From contig CM000432.1 of NCBI GenBank assembly GCA_000165345.1, forward strand, positions 768,001 through 832,000: a DNA stretch of 64,000 nt, read 5' to 3'. Numbering within the stretch: position 1 is the stretch's first letter; each line of letters opens with the position of its first letter. The notes beneath the pieces were generated by a model. That model was not told the origin of the DNA, ran no database searches, and saw only the letters and a program-made list of their open reading frames with translations. Positions 33,768 through 46,100 of the stretch are shown here, in pieces. A program made the translations under genes and the position numbers.

Positions 33768-34483
33768 TGCACTGCCCAATTTACAAATTGAGTTAACTGA
33801 TTCGAGATTCTTGCCATTTAATATGACTATCCTTCTAGTTCAATAAAATAATAAGTCAAGCTAGGTATAAATTCCAGTTAAGTCCTACTATCCCTTATCT
33901 TTAGATACCGTTCAGATTTTGTAATTCAAGTCTAAAAATTCTAGATTAAAACTGTTTATTTTTTTTTCATGCATCTGCGTACAATTCTATATTTGAATTC
34001 GTATGCTTTGAAGTATATAGTAAATATTATTGTTGCTATTCATACTAAACTAACAAATTATATAAATCATAGTATTTCCCTCCTCCCCCCCACTCCACTC
34101 CTTTTTTTTACCATCAAATTTCATTGCTATTTTATTCTCCCAAGGCAGATTGAACAAAAAAAAGAAAAACCCCACGCACACACAAACTTTCTAGAAATAT
34201 ATTTACTATTGAAATACTATATTTAATATTAAACTTTATACTAAGCTAGACTGGCTCGAATAAAACCCAAAAAAAATAATTTTCATATTAATGCTCATAT
34301 TTACAAGTAGCACAAAATATTTAAATCTAACGTATAATCTTATTTAAACTCGACAAAGAATAGCTATACATATACTATAGGACCTTAATTATATTATTAT
34401 TCATTTATACTATCAAACATCTTTTAATGACTAATAGCCCGCACAGACTGGACATAACTTTCATAAGACTTCTAAGTTTAGCA

Positions 34484-34695
34484 AGGCGGGAATAAATTTT
34501 TATACATAATATTACATTTATTACAATTTCTTCAAACTGTACTTTTTTTCTTATGATAATCTATAAATTATTTACTCAGATTACTTAATTTACCCTATTT
34601 ATTTTCTATATATTATTATTAATAAGATTAGGAGCTACTACGCACACGTCTACAGCAGGCGGTGATCTGTGCATGTTGTCTATTTCGCGGGAAAC
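34484..34695. promoter_or_regulatory. E2F-like sites AAGGCGGGAATAAA (34484-34497) and TTTCGCGGGAAAC (34683-34695) inside a locally GC-rich island in the 2.3-kb divergent intergenic region.
   Basis: Direct reading. The segment 34630-34710 (ggagctactacgcacacgtctacagcaggcggtgatctgtgcatg...) is much less AT-rich than its surroundings. Confidence 0.35.
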
Positions 34696-34980
34696 TGGGT
34701 ATCGCGAATATTATTAAAAAAATAATAGAGAAGAAAAAAGAGTAAAAAAGCAGATAAGAAATAAATGGTAAAAGGAGAAATAAATAGATTAATAAATAGA
34801 TATTTTGGCAGATTTATGAATTTGGATTAAAAAAAAAGTTGACCAAGATTAACAAGAAATCAGCGGGATAGTTTTTTCATATGGTTTAAATTTTTTCTTT
34901 TTTATGATAAATATATAATATTCAAGCTTTTACCTTCGTTAATATAAGGTCTAGTCTTTAATTACTAAAAAAAAATAATT

Positions 34981-35060
34981 ATAATATTAATATAATAATA
35001 AAATAATATAATAATAATAATAATATAATAATATTAATAATATAAAAGTAATCAAAATAG
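34981..35060. repeat. AT-only (AAT/ATA)n microsatellite-like tract.
   Basis: Bases ataatattaatataataataaaataatataataataataataatataataatattaataatat. Confidence 0.7.
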
Positions 35061-35535
35061 GGAGCGGCTAAGTATTATTAAAAAAACATATAAATAAAAA
35101 ATAAAAAAAATAGAAAGGACTAGCTATATAAGAGCTTATAATACTTAGAAAAAAAAGGGGAATAGGCTAGAATAGAATAGCTCAGGAAACTCTAAAGGTT
35201 GTAATAGAGTGGGCCTGTTCCTTTAGAAATAGAAAAAAAACGAAATAGGCGTGGATCTGGGAAAGTAGATCTTTTAAGGTTAGGAGGTACTTCGTACTCT
35301 GAGTAACGGGGTAATATAGGAAGTTCCAGATTGACCGCTGAAAAAGCGTCTGCTTTTATTTGGGACATAAGCTCAAACTCTAAGTAAGATGTTCCTTGAA
35401 GATTAGAACAGGGAAAGAGATTATAGAGAATAGCTGCCATAACAGAGCATATTACGGACAAGAAGAATCGGCCACTTTCCCGAAGAGAGTATAACAACTT
35501 TTCTCGGATCTCATTACTGAAAAGAACAGGAAAAG

Positions 35536-38256
35536 ATGGAATACAAATTAAGTCCGGATAGTGAATCTGGGGTTAGGCCAGAATTAGAGAATTTAACAGT
35601 TAAGGAGATTAATCTAGAACGCCAAGGGGAGGAGGAGGAAGATGATGACGAGGAAGATGATGAGGAAGCATCCAAGCATATTAATGAGCAGAGGTCTGAG
35701 GGGCCAATGTGTCTAAGCGGACTTAAGTCTCAGGTAGCTCGTGACTTTGTCTCGGAAAGGCAAGATCAGATGAAAGAGAAAAATAATGGTGGTTCTAAGA
35801 GTAATAGTAAATCAACTAGAAATAAGCCTAGTAGAAATAAAGCTAATAATCATAGAAATGAAGATAGCTACCAGCGTCATATTGAAGAAGATAGAAAGTG
35901 CTGCAAGAAGAATGACTTAAATGACGATTGTTCATATTACAATAGGTCATCACTTGGTTCGGCGAATGATGACTTGGAGCTGCCTAAATCTGCCTGCAAC
36001 TCTAACAAAACCGTTAATCAGGCTAATTATCAATTCGAATTTCATCATCAAGATCTCCGCCACTACCATGTTTCAGAAGGCTTTGAGAGGGAAGACCAAA
36101 GGCATAAATTCTTTGAAAATGCAAAGAATCGGGGAGATGAGCCATCATCACTACTAAAGGGAAGTGCTGACAGCTCAGTACTGGTTGACCGCGGGTCTTT
36201 AAATAGCTCAAAAATCTCTCATGAAGGGTCAGGACGCAGTATCATTCAAGACAATAACTCAAATACGATCAAAGGAATTGCCCGAGTATCCGAGTCTGAT
36301 CGACTTGACCACCGCTTCTGCAGTGATGGAAGCGCTACATCCCACACTGGAAGTAATTCTAATGTTGATCCAATCGTTTTTTGTACTCCACATAATTTTG
36401 GAGCGGGTTACTTTACTGTTCCTAACGCTTATCCTGCCCCTAATGTCGAGATAAAGCTGTTTGTGGGTAGGGTTCCAAGGAATATTGAAGAAGATGATCT
36501 CCGTGATTTATTTAAGTTGTATGGTCGAGTTGTGAATGTGTCCGTGATCCGGGAAAAGAGTACTGGAATCCATAGAGGAGCAGCTTTGGTTACCATGGAA
36601 TCTGTTGCGCAAGCAGATTTTGCTCTTAGAGAGCTAAATTCTATTAAGGTATTGGACGAACTTAGAGGGCCTCTTAAGGTCCAATACTCTACGGGGGAGC
36701 CTGAAAGACTGGGTTTTGAGAGTGAATCTTGCATTCCAGGAGTTGATCAAGTCAAGCTCTTTGTTGGAGCTCTCCCTAGAAATATCATAGAAGACGAGAT
36801 TAGGGAGTTATTTTCTCCATATGGGCAAATCAATGAAATATTCATTATGAGGGAGCCTCATTCTGGAGTGGGTAAAGGTTGTGCTTTTGTTAAATATGCT
36901 TTTAAAGAACAAGGGCTTTTCGCTATCAAGTCTTTACATGGAGCTTTGACCCTTGCAGATGTCAACAGACCAATTGAAGTCCGTTTCGCATCCAAGAACC
37001 ACCAGTCATCTACTAGCAGCTCCTTAATAGCTCAAGGAGCGCATTTAACTTTTGGAACACCTGCAGCTCTTAACTTTAACGGGCACTTCAACTTTGGCCA
37101 TCATTCAATTCAAAAACTCCATTCCCCCAGAATTGTTGGAGCCAGTAATAACGTTAACAATATTTTGTGTAATGCTAGCACATTAACTTCTTCGACCTCG
37201 CCAATGTCTCAACAAGCCCCTGGCAGCTCAAAGTCTTCAGTTGGAATTGGGGGAACAGCTTACCAATTCCACAACCATCAATCAGGACAACATTTTATTG
37301 GATGCAATTCTAAAGGTTTATCGCAAAGTTCAAGCCATCATTCTTTAACCGAACAGCTGCAAATTGGTCCATTTACTGGGGTTAGTGCAACTGGAGCCAA
37401 TGCTGTACAAGCTGGTCATCATCCCCCATGTGGAAGAGCTATCACGCTATTTGATCACAATGGAATGGCTGTAGCCACAACCACTTCCACGGCTGCGATG
37501 TTCTCTCGTTCTCGTGCAGTTGGTCTTCCCATTCCAGCATCCACAAGTGCTACAGCTGCAGCTGCAATTACTGCTAATTTGATGCCAAGGTGTATTGGCA
37601 TGTGGAAGGAATACTTCACTTCTGATGGTAAGCCATATTACCATAATGAATTAACGCAGGTAACGCAATGGGAGGTTCCTCCAGAATTTTTAAGTTTCCG
37701 TCCAAACTTTTCAAGAGAAGTTGTTGGTCCACCTGGAGCAAATATCTTCATTTTCAACGTTCCGTATGAATGGGATAAGAAGAGTCTTGTTGGACTCTTT
37801 TGTCGTTTTGGAAATATCCTATCTGCTCATCTTATGGTTGATAAGACTAGTGGCCGAAATAAGGGAGTAGCCTTTGTCTCATATGATAATATCCACTCTG
37901 CAGCTGAGGCCGTTAACCATATGAATGGGTTCATCACGGAGCAAGGAAGAAAACTTAAAGTTTCCATCAAGCAAGGTCAAGAACACTTCGTCCAGCATTT
38001 ATTGAAGAATAATTTGCCTCAGGGAGGATGCAGCCAAACGGGCTATATGGAGAACTCTCAAAATAATATTCAGAGTGATTCGATTTCTATCGCCATTTCC
38101 CAGAATTCTAATGATAATGTTAATGGTAATAATGAAAGTAATACTGATGATAATAGTAATAATAATAATGATGTAAATGTTAATATTAATAACAATAATA
38201 GTAATAATAGTTGCAATAATAACAACCACAACTTCAGTTCTGGACCGTCCTCATAA
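35536..38256 (+). CDS. RNA-binding protein with three RRMs (CELF/Bruno-like 2+1 arrangement) plus a WW domain and an Asn-rich tail.
   Basis: The ORF is 906 aa. RRM1 is KLFVGRVPRNIEEDDLRDLF..GAALVTM. RRM2 is KLFVGALPRNIIEDEIRELF..KGCAFVKY. RRM3 is NIFIFNVPYEWDKKSLVGLF..KGVAFVSY. The WW domain is WKEYFTSDGKPYYHNELTQVTQWEVP. The region 35170-35535 upstream is unusually non-AT-rich and is probably 5'UTR. Confidence 0.85.
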   Translation: MEYKLSPDSESGVRPELENLTVKEINLERQGEEEEDDDEEDDEEASKHINEQRSEGPMCLSGLKSQVARDFVSERQDQMKEKNNGGSKSNSKSTRNKPSRNKANNHRNEDSYQRHIEEDRKCCKKNDLNDDCSYYNRSSLGSANDDLELPKSACNSNKTVNQANYQFEFHHQDLRHYHVSEGFEREDQRHKFFENAKNRGDEPSSLLKGSADSSVLVDRGSLNSSKISHEGSGRSIIQDNNSNTIKGIARVSESDRLDHRFCSDGSATSHTGSNSNVDPIVFCTPHNFGAGYFTVPNAYPAPNVEIKLFVGRVPRNIEEDDLRDLFKLYGRVVNVSVIREKSTGIHRGAALVTMESVAQADFALRELNSIKVLDELRGPLKVQYSTGEPERLGFESESCIPGVDQVKLFVGALPRNIIEDEIRELFSPYGQINEIFIMREPHSGVGKGCAFVKYAFKEQGLFAIKSLHGALTLADVNRPIEVRFASKNHQSSTSSSLIAQGAHLTFGTPAALNFNGHFNFGHHSIQKLHSPRIVGASNNVNNILCNASTLTSSTSPMSQQAPGSSKSSVGIGGTAYQFHNHQSGQHFIGCNSKGLSQSSSHHSLTEQLQIGPFTGVSATGANAVQAGHHPPCGRAITLFDHNGMAVATTTSTAAMFSRSRAVGLPIPASTSATAAAAITANLMPRCIGMWKEYFTSDGKPYYHNELTQVTQWEVPPEFLSFRPNFSREVVGPPGANIFIFNVPYEWDKKSLVGLFCRFGNILSAHLMVDKTSGRNKGVAFVSYDNIHSAAEAVNHMNGFITEQGRKLKVSIKQGQEHFVQHLLKNNLPQGGCSQTGYMENSQNNIQSDSISIAISQNSNDNVNGNNESNTDDNSNNNNDVNVNINNNNSNNSCNNNNHNFSSGPSS

Positions 38257-39428
38257 AGAAATGCCTCCCTAACTGATTGTTCTGTAAATGATTCATATAG
38301 AAGCAAGAACAGACAGAAACCCCAAGCGAAAGTAAGACTTGATCCTGATTCCATAAAACTCTAATTTTTATAAAAATAAAAATGACTGCCAGATCTTAAC
38401 ACTGTGATGTTAATGATGTAAGATGATAAAGTCTCGACCTGATCTTCCTTCAGTTGTGAATATTGTATTTATATTATATTCTACGCCACCCTTCTTTGTA
38501 TAGGACTTACATTTTTTCTCTGTTTTTTTTTTTTTTGAGAGAAGCAATATATTAATCTCTTTGGAAATTACCCACTTCTTTCTGATAATGCATTTAGAGG
38601 ACCAGTGGAACGTTTACTTTATTCTGGGAAATTATTATTAACGAATATTCTGAGATAAAACAAACCGCTCAGATGGAATGGTCAAGGTATAAAATTATTT
38701 GGAGTCTTCAATTGGGAATATCATGGGAAGCCCACGTCACTAATAGATGACTGCATGCAATACATGCAATTGAATCCAGAAATGGTAACAAATTTAGGCG
38801 GGTTCCCATATTATTTTTGCTTGAATTATATATTGCCTCTATCTCCATAATTTGTGTTCGTTTCCTCTTCAAAACATTAGCAATATATAATATTTGTAAT
38901 TGCCAGAGAAAGAAAGAACATTTTAATTGGTCGATGTCTCAAATTATTATAGTACATAGTTTGGTTTACCTTGATTACTACGAAACTTATAGAGGAGTAT
39001 TATTTTGACTGTTCCAGCTTATTCCAGACTTTATTTTCCAATAATCCAAGCGCCTTATAATAATTCCAGTTTTACTTAGACAATTTAAGGTTTATTGGGC
39101 CTCTTCCACTAGAAGCTTTCATAATTTTCCGAAATTATGTATCCAAATCTCATTGAATAGAATTTGAAATTTGTATTTAATAACCACTAATATTCCCATT
39201 TAAGTTAACTGAACATACTCTAACACTATAGAAATCCACTCGATCTAAATTGATTTCTATTTGTCTCATCATTGAAGAAGTGCCGAATGAAATAAAATGG
39301 AAAGTTTTTTGTTGGAAGTGTACAAGATGCAAATGTTTGCAATATTTATTTATTTTTTGTTTATTGAATTTGATGATAATTAATGTTATATTGGTTTTAA
39401 GTTTTTATTGTTTTTGACTTTTTCTTGA

Positions 39429-42299
39429 TTATGTTGGTCGAAGTTGTTGGTGTTGGCCGGTGTTATTTCCAAGTCTTAGAGCCAGGTTTATATGGAAGGC
39501 TGAGAGTTCATCTCTTTCAGGCTCGATTTCAAGATTTCTGTACAGCTGTGTCGTAAAATGTTGTATGGAAGTCTGGTCAAGCTGAGAATCATTCATTTGA
39601 GCCGCTTTTTTTTGTGCAATACGAAGAAAGACGATACTTTTGCTCATAATGACTTTTACATTATTAACATATGCCCTAGGAACGTACATCGCTGGAAAGT
39701 ATGACGGAAGTTCCAGAAAGAGAGAGGATAGCTTCTGTTGCTCATTGACCACCACCTCTAGTGTGCCATAGTGTAGTGGACCTTTGAGAGATACCACAAA
39801 TTTCCAGTTATTTCTCAGACTGTGCATCATGACCTGGCTTATTATACTGTATTTGTAAATGGTTGGCATGTACTGAGAGTATTGGACATATTGTTTTACC
39901 AAAGATTCGCCCAAAACCTGAGCCAAACTCGAAATGCCGCCCGTAAAGCTATTACCTAAAGTCGGCAGCTCAGACTCCAAAATACCTTTCACCATCATCA
40001 TCTCGTTGAGCTTTTGTGTTTTTTTTGTGTACCATTCTGACATGCTCAGTGTTAATGGTCGTGATAGTTCTTTGACTACACAGCCTAAAATTTTTCGTTT
40101 CGAGACCCACATGTAATTACTAAACATGACGTTTTGGCCTCTAGGCCTTAAATCTCGACTTCTAGCATCCGCATTAACCTCAATAAATTCTAAGGTATCG
40201 TTGATTCGGCTTCCTTTAGTCATATACTCCAATCTTGCATGTATCCATTCAAGGTAATCTATAGAGCCAAGAGTTGCAGCTAGCCTTCGAGCATTGTATT
40301 TTAACTCAGAGTTTATGTGATCATGGGAAACTGAAGTGAAAAGAATTCCTCCTGTAGTTGCAGCAACTTTACTGGTTTGAGTGGAGACTGTTGTAACCAC
40401 AGCTTCGACAATATTTTCAAATGAAGACCCTCCTGAATAGATGTTATTATTTGTAATTTTGTCTAGTGCTCTTTGTATGTTACATGAAATAATTTTTTGG
40501 TCTATATATGTTTGTACTATTTGTAAAACTAAAGCATTGAATTGTAGATATATATCGTCATAATCAATTAGATGTTCAATTTGTTGGAATACTGTATTAA
40601 TAAGCTGAGAAAGATTTTTAGAGGAGGTCCATATGAGAGGAATAGTTTCGTACTGCCCAAGGATGTCTGTCTCACGTCTTATTTGTATATTTTCTGTCAT
40701 TTTCTCATCAGGAGCCAGTTCTTTAGTTACTTTCTTTAGTAGAAATTCTTTCTCAAGTTCCAAAAATGATGCTAAGTATGGAACAAAACATTCAGTCAGC
40801 AACCTTTTAGTTTGGGGATATCTTATTTTCCCAGAATCAAGTGAGAAGGTATACTCTAGCATTTCTTGTTTAAGTTTATTTTTAGAGGATCCCAAATTGG
40901 AGTTTTTAGAAGTATTCAAATGTGAGATATTTCCGTATTCTGTTTTAAATTTCTTACAAAACTCTCTGATGACTTTATTATTGATTTTAGTATTTAGAAC
41001 TTCTTGAAGATTTTCCTTCTCTAGTTCTGCAAATAGTATTTTTTGATCATATAGCTGGGCAAATTTTGAAGATATATATTCCTCGAATTGATTACATTTC
41101 AAGCTGTATTCAAAAATGGTTTGATTATCCAATAGATATCCAATATATCCCAATGTTTGTAGTAAATCTTTCCTAGTATATGTGAAGAATTTTTCAGTTA
41201 ATATTGTTTGGAGTTCCCATTTTGTGAGAAAAATCTCTCCAAATTGTTGTTCATATTCTTTCATACACCTTCTATACCACCCAAACCTTCTTTCAATGAA
41301 TTCTACTCCAGTAGCTGATAACGTGACTTTTTCTTTGTTTTGTCCAATCATTTTGTTTTGAGTACCAAAGAAATTTTCTGTTTGACTATAACTAAATAAC
41401 CTACAATAAGGTTCAAGCAATTTTGTAGTGAACATGTCCACTATTTCGGCACGGAAATCATCCCCAATTAATTCCACGCAATAACAACATGATTTCATTT
41501 GTTTTCTGAACTCTTCTGGTGCCTCCAAGTGCTGAGGGGGAGTGATTTGAGAATTCATATTGTCTTGATGATCTATTCCTCCTAGGAATAAAATATATGG
41601 ATCTATTAGCGCTAGGAAATCTTCGGTAATTTGCTGTTTAAGTAAGCCAAAGAGCTTTTCCATTTCAGATAAGCTATTTTGAATTTCTTGATAAACCTTA
41701 TCCTGTTTGCTTTGATTAAAAATTTCTATCATAGCTTTGTTATTTTCTTTCTGGCTTCCCAAAAAAGTTGATAAGTCATAGGCCAAAATGAGTATTGGAA
41801 CCAATTCACTATATGCTCTGGAGCTCATAAGACTTTTAATCTCGGCTCTGATAATATTACCAATACTCAAACTTTCCAATAAATTCACAATATTAGTTAA
41901 ATTATTATGAACTTGATCTAATTCACAAATATTTCCCAAAATAAACTCAACATCTTTCTTAAATTGTTCATGCTGTACTTCTTTCTCTTTAATCATTGGA
42001 ATAAGTTCATTTTCAAATATTTTCAAGTTCTTCTCAAAACCATCAATTAAATTACTTGAGGCTATATTTCTTAATTCCTTACCAATTTCTAAATCTATTT
42101 CTTCTAAGATCTTAGTAGTTTCTTCAATTTTTTCAGGTAAACAGGACAAACTCTGTTCATTAGGAAAACTCTCATTGATGTAGCCATCCAAAGTAAAATC
42201 TTCAGATTCTAACTTATCTAACTTGTTTCCAAATAGCGCAAAAATGAGTTCTTCATCACCAGTTTCGCTCGCTTGTTCGCACATTTGCAAAACCTTCAT
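39429..42299 (-). CDS. VPS53: VPS53-like subunit of the GARP/CATCHR tethering complex.
   Basis: The ORF is 956 aa. Its N-terminal block DFTLDGYINESFPNEQSLSCLPEKIEETTKILEEIDLEI aligns with VPS53 [39 protein letters not shown]. The overall length and helical composition fit the CATCHR family. Confidence 0.6.
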   Translation of the reverse strand: MKVLQMCEQASETGDEELIFALFGNKLDKLESEDFTLDGYINESFPNEQSLSCLPEKIEETTKILEEIDLEIGKELRNIASSNLIDGFEKNLKIFENELIPMIKEKEVQHEQFKKDVEFILGNICELDQVHNNLTNIVNLLESLSIGNIIRAEIKSLMSSRAYSELVPILILAYDLSTFLGSQKENNKAMIEIFNQSKQDKVYQEIQNSLSEMEKLFGLLKQQITEDFLALIDPYILFLGGIDHQDNMNSQITPPQHLEAPEEFRKQMKSCCYCVELIGDDFRAEIVDMFTTKLLEPYCRLFSYSQTENFFGTQNKMIGQNKEKVTLSATGVEFIERRFGWYRRCMKEYEQQFGEIFLTKWELQTILTEKFFTYTRKDLLQTLGYIGYLLDNQTIFEYSLKCNQFEEYISSKFAQLYDQKILFAELEKENLQEVLNTKINNKVIREFCKKFKTEYGNISHLNTSKNSNLGSSKNKLKQEMLEYTFSLDSGKIRYPQTKRLLTECFVPYLASFLELEKEFLLKKVTKELAPDEKMTENIQIRRETDILGQYETIPLIWTSSKNLSQLINTVFQQIEHLIDYDDIYLQFNALVLQIVQTYIDQKIISCNIQRALDKITNNNIYSGGSSFENIVEAVVTTVSTQTSKVAATTGGILFTSVSHDHINSELKYNARRLAATLGSIDYLEWIHARLEYMTKGSRINDTLEFIEVNADARSRDLRPRGQNVMFSNYMWVSKRKILGCVVKELSRPLTLSMSEWYTKKTQKLNEMMMVKGILESELPTLGNSFTGGISSLAQVLGESLVKQYVQYSQYMPTIYKYSIISQVMMHSLRNNWKFVVSLKGPLHYGTLEVVVNEQQKLSSLFLELPSYFPAMYVPRAYVNNVKVIMSKSIVFLRIAQKKAAQMNDSQLDQTSIQHFTTQLYRNLEIEPERDELSAFHINLALRLGNNTGQHQQLRPT

Positions 42300-42432
42300 T
42301 TATCAATATTTGGCACGAAATTAACCCAATACTCATTTACCCCACACCGTCTTTTTAAAAATTCTTTTCTATAACTAATTAATTTTCCATATTTATGCTT
42401 ACTATCCTTTTTCGTAATTTTTTTTTTTAGCT

Positions 42433-42535
42433 TGCCCGCCATGATTTGTTACACCGGTACTTGAATTACCACATGCACAATTTTTTATTGTTGCAGATTG
42501 CATGTGGATGCATTTTTATTGTATTTACATGCACA
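42433..42535. promoter_or_regulatory. E2F-like TTGCCCGCCATGA (42433-42445) followed by a dense GCATG/TGCA cluster (42470-42535). The region is a divergent promoter between VPS53 and the 2128-aa gene.
   Basis: Bases cttgcccgccatgatttg...ccacatgcacaattttttattgttgcagattgcatgtggatgcatttttattgtatttacatgcacatc. Confidence 0.4.
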
Positions 42536-43152
42536 TCAGAGCTCACACTGCATCTAAGAACAGATAAGTTTTGGTATTCTGAGTAAATCACTCCAGTAAA
42601 TAAAAATTGGGAAATTAAATAAAAAATTAGGATGTGTGCATTTGGGCAGAATATGAGAAAAAAAAACACAGAAATTGATTTAAACTCAAAATTTCAGGTG
42701 GAAAAGATTTAAAAATCAAACACAAATAGAAAATAATTATTAGTTCATGGATTTGTATATATTTTCATTATTGCCTTGTCATAAATCAAAAATTTATCAA
42801 TTTTTATAAATTATATTTCTGTATGGTCTACATAATTTAGAGGCTAATTTTGACGTATATATAAGGCTGGCGTCATGTCGTGCAGAATGATGGAATTAGA
42901 GTCATTACTTAACGATACTATATATATTGTAAATACATATATTACCAAATAAGTAAAAGAAGTTAATATTATCAATTGAAAATAAAATTAACAGATCAAT
43001 TAGAAAGAATTAACTCAAGCTATAGATTTGGGATGAATTAAGAAAATTGACTTGGGAGAAAAAATAAAAAATAATAAATTTAAGCCTCAAATACTTGAAA
43101 GAAAGGTCGAACGCAAAATCGATTAGGATTGTGGGAAAATCTTTCCTAAGTA

Positions 43153-46100
43153 ATGAAGAAGATTGGATTTATTTCTTTAATTTGTATTTTAATATATCTA
43201 AATATCCAAGTTACTTTGGGCGGAGATGCTCAGACTACCCTTATTGAGCAGGAAAAGCTGTATAAAATAGGAATCGAGGAAAATGAATATGATAAAGCGC
43301 TTGAAGATGATTGGATTAAATTCACTCCCGAGAAGAGATGCCAGCTAATAATAGATAAGTTAGAAAATGATGTAAAAAAATCGATTTCAAGTGCAAAAGA
43401 AAACTTAATAGTCTATACAATACTTAGACCAATTCCTGTTGATGATTCTGGGGCATGCTTTAAAAGGATCATATTATGGCATTATGAAAAAGTTGAATTA
43501 ATCAAGAACGATAGGAGCATTGTTAATTATGAGGATATAATTCCGGTAAGGTTGTTACTGTTGGGTATGTCTCCAAAACAAATTGAAAAAGAGCCAAAAG
43601 ACCTGGCAGAAATTCCAGAATTTCTTGATATAGCTTGCAAGCAATTACTTTCTCAGAAGCCAAGAATGAGATGGCCATTGTCAGGTGCAAGATATCATCC
43701 ATATATTTCGAATATTTTAGGTTTTCAAAAAGTCTGGATTTATCGTGTGAGTGAATTATTATCAGCCTGCGCTCAACATACATATCAATCTTCAAATGGA
43801 TACATTATAATGCTTCTTGTTTCAACAGAACAAATGGTGAATGATAGTATTTTTGGAGATTACCAGAATGCTTGGAAGGGTAGGCACGGACAAAAGGATA
43901 AGAAAGAAATCATATTTGATATGGATTATGACGTTAAGAAATCAAAAAAATCGAGTCCTACTGTGAATGAAGGTGAAAAAACACAAGAACGTAAAGTTAT
44001 TGATTTTGATATTCCAAAAGATGCAGAAAAAATAAATACAAATTCTTTTTCTCGTTACCCACAAAATAATGTGGTTGATATTGAGGTGATTAAACCTCCA
44101 AGTCATAATGGAGAGGAATATTATTCAGGAAAATTTCCAGTTTATGAGATTCCAAATTCTGTTACCTCAGAAATATGTCAAGAAGTTGGGACAAAAGAGA
44201 TTCCAGGCCAATCTAAGTATAAGCAATTTCCAATGTCAAGTTCAAAAAACTATGGATTTTCCTCATTTATTGTTCCTCCAAATAGAATTGTGGAAAGGCC
44301 AAAATACACAGCAATACTACCAGATGATAGAGTAAATATCAATTTGCATGAGTATAGGAATTTCTGGAAAAGGCCAAACTATGTGAATAAATATAGAAAT
44401 ATTGATTCTCTTTATGATTATTTGGTTGAAAAAGCAAATTTAAATTGGCCAGAAACTTCAAATGATTATTTGAAATTTGAAAATGAAAATTTGGTTAAGC
44501 CTTATATTATAAATAAGTCTGAATATTTCAAAGTTGATTCAGATCCACAACTTGTGATTTATCCAAGGCAAGGAGGAAATTTGGAAAGCCGGTATATTGG
44601 AGGAGAAGAACCATTAATTCAGCCGTTTCAGAGCTCAGAACTTGTAGATTCATATGAGTATGGATCATCTGAAAATGATCCACAGATTCAGAGGCTTGCA
44701 TATTTTGATAACAATGAATTACCTGAATATGAGAGGACTATGATAGATGATGTTCCAGATAAATTCTTTCCATTTCCTGTTCAAAAACAAGGAGTTACTC
44801 TACTGAATTATAAGGACCCTCTATTAAAAGTAGATTTCCAAGGAATGACGGGAAGGAAAGTCAATAAACAGCCATTTTTAAATTTTGAAGAAGATGAATC
44901 ATTTCAAGAAAGAGATATTTCTCAGGAAGATGATGATTCAATTCCATATTCTAAATTTAGAGACACTGCAAGGAATGCAATTGTCAAATGGTATATTGAT
45001 GATGATAATGAAGGAGATACCCGTTTAACAGGCAAGGATAGAAGAATAATAAAAAAGTTATTTTCACTTATTGAACATGTTGATCCAGATCATTATAATG
45101 AGTTAATGAACAGGGGGGATGATTATATTGTTAGACAAATAATAAGGATTGGTAGATCTAAGGATAAAAACTTTGAGAATATTTTAACAGCAAGAAAGAA
45201 TAGATCAGGAGTAGATGATAATTATTATGGTGTCTATAAGGAAAAGAAGACACCAACAAAAATATTAAAATATAAAAGTAAAAAAGGTAGGAGTAGAGGA
45301 AAAAATAAAAGAAATCGTGGAAGTAAGTCAAAAAAAAGAAGTGGAAAGAATGGAGGAAAGAAAGGGGGAGGATCGTCAAAAAAGAAGCAAGAATTTGCCA
45401 GTAATAGCAGTGAGACAGAGTCAGAATCATCAGAGGAAATTACAAAAATCCCCAAAGATATATTCATCCAGGATTTATTGAATGAAAAGTATGATTTCCA
45501 AAATATACTGAAAAAGGAAAGATTGAAAAGATTCCAAAAGCTATTAAAGGATTCACTGGCAGCAAGGGTGAATGAGATTGAGAAAAAAGAAAAAATGACT
45601 ATTCCAATAAAGAATGTTGAAATCTTGAAATCTTCTGTAAAAAATGAACAAAAGAATAGGGATCAATTAGAAAAGGAATATAAGAAAAATCTGGAAGAAC
45701 ATGCAAAAATACTCGATCTTCTCAAGAAGAACCAAGAAAAGCTACGTGAAAAAATGGAGGAAGAGCATAAGAAAAAGCAGGAGGAGTTAAAGAAAGAGAT
45801 GAAAGATTCAGTCAATCAGCTTGAAGCAGCATTAGATACTGCATCAGGAACTATAGGAGAAATTGAAAAGGAAAAAAGATTTTTAGATGAAAGATTGAAA
45901 AACTTAGAAGGAGATAATCAACATATTCGAACATTAATCAGTATGAAAGATAATTATATAAAGAAGATGGAAAAAAGTAGAATTGAGTTGGAGACAAAAC
46001 AGGAAATTGAATTGAAGGAAATGAAGAAGAATTATGAGAAACAATTGAATGAGTTAAGGAAAAATTTGAGTAAAGATGATACAATTTCTGGATTGAGTAG

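Noticed and set aside
35192-35497. 101-aa minus-strand ORF immediately upstream of the RRM gene.
   Set aside because: It lies in the probable 5'UTR and promoter-proximal region of the RRM gene. It has no domain signal, but is retained as a possible UTR or ncRNA region in the findings.
37999-38354. Minus-strand ORFs (76 and 94 aa) rich in I/L/N at the 3' end of the RRM gene.
   Set aside because: They are antisense of the Asn-rich (AAT/AAC repeat) tail of the RRM protein.
38793-38807. E2F-like TTTAGGCGGGTTCCC in a convergent 3' intergenic region, with the nearby 63-aa ORF at 38817..39008.
   Set aside because: There is no convincing gene to regulate. The ORF is Ile/Leu-rich and AT-driven. It is noted only as a possible marker of an unannotated transcript.
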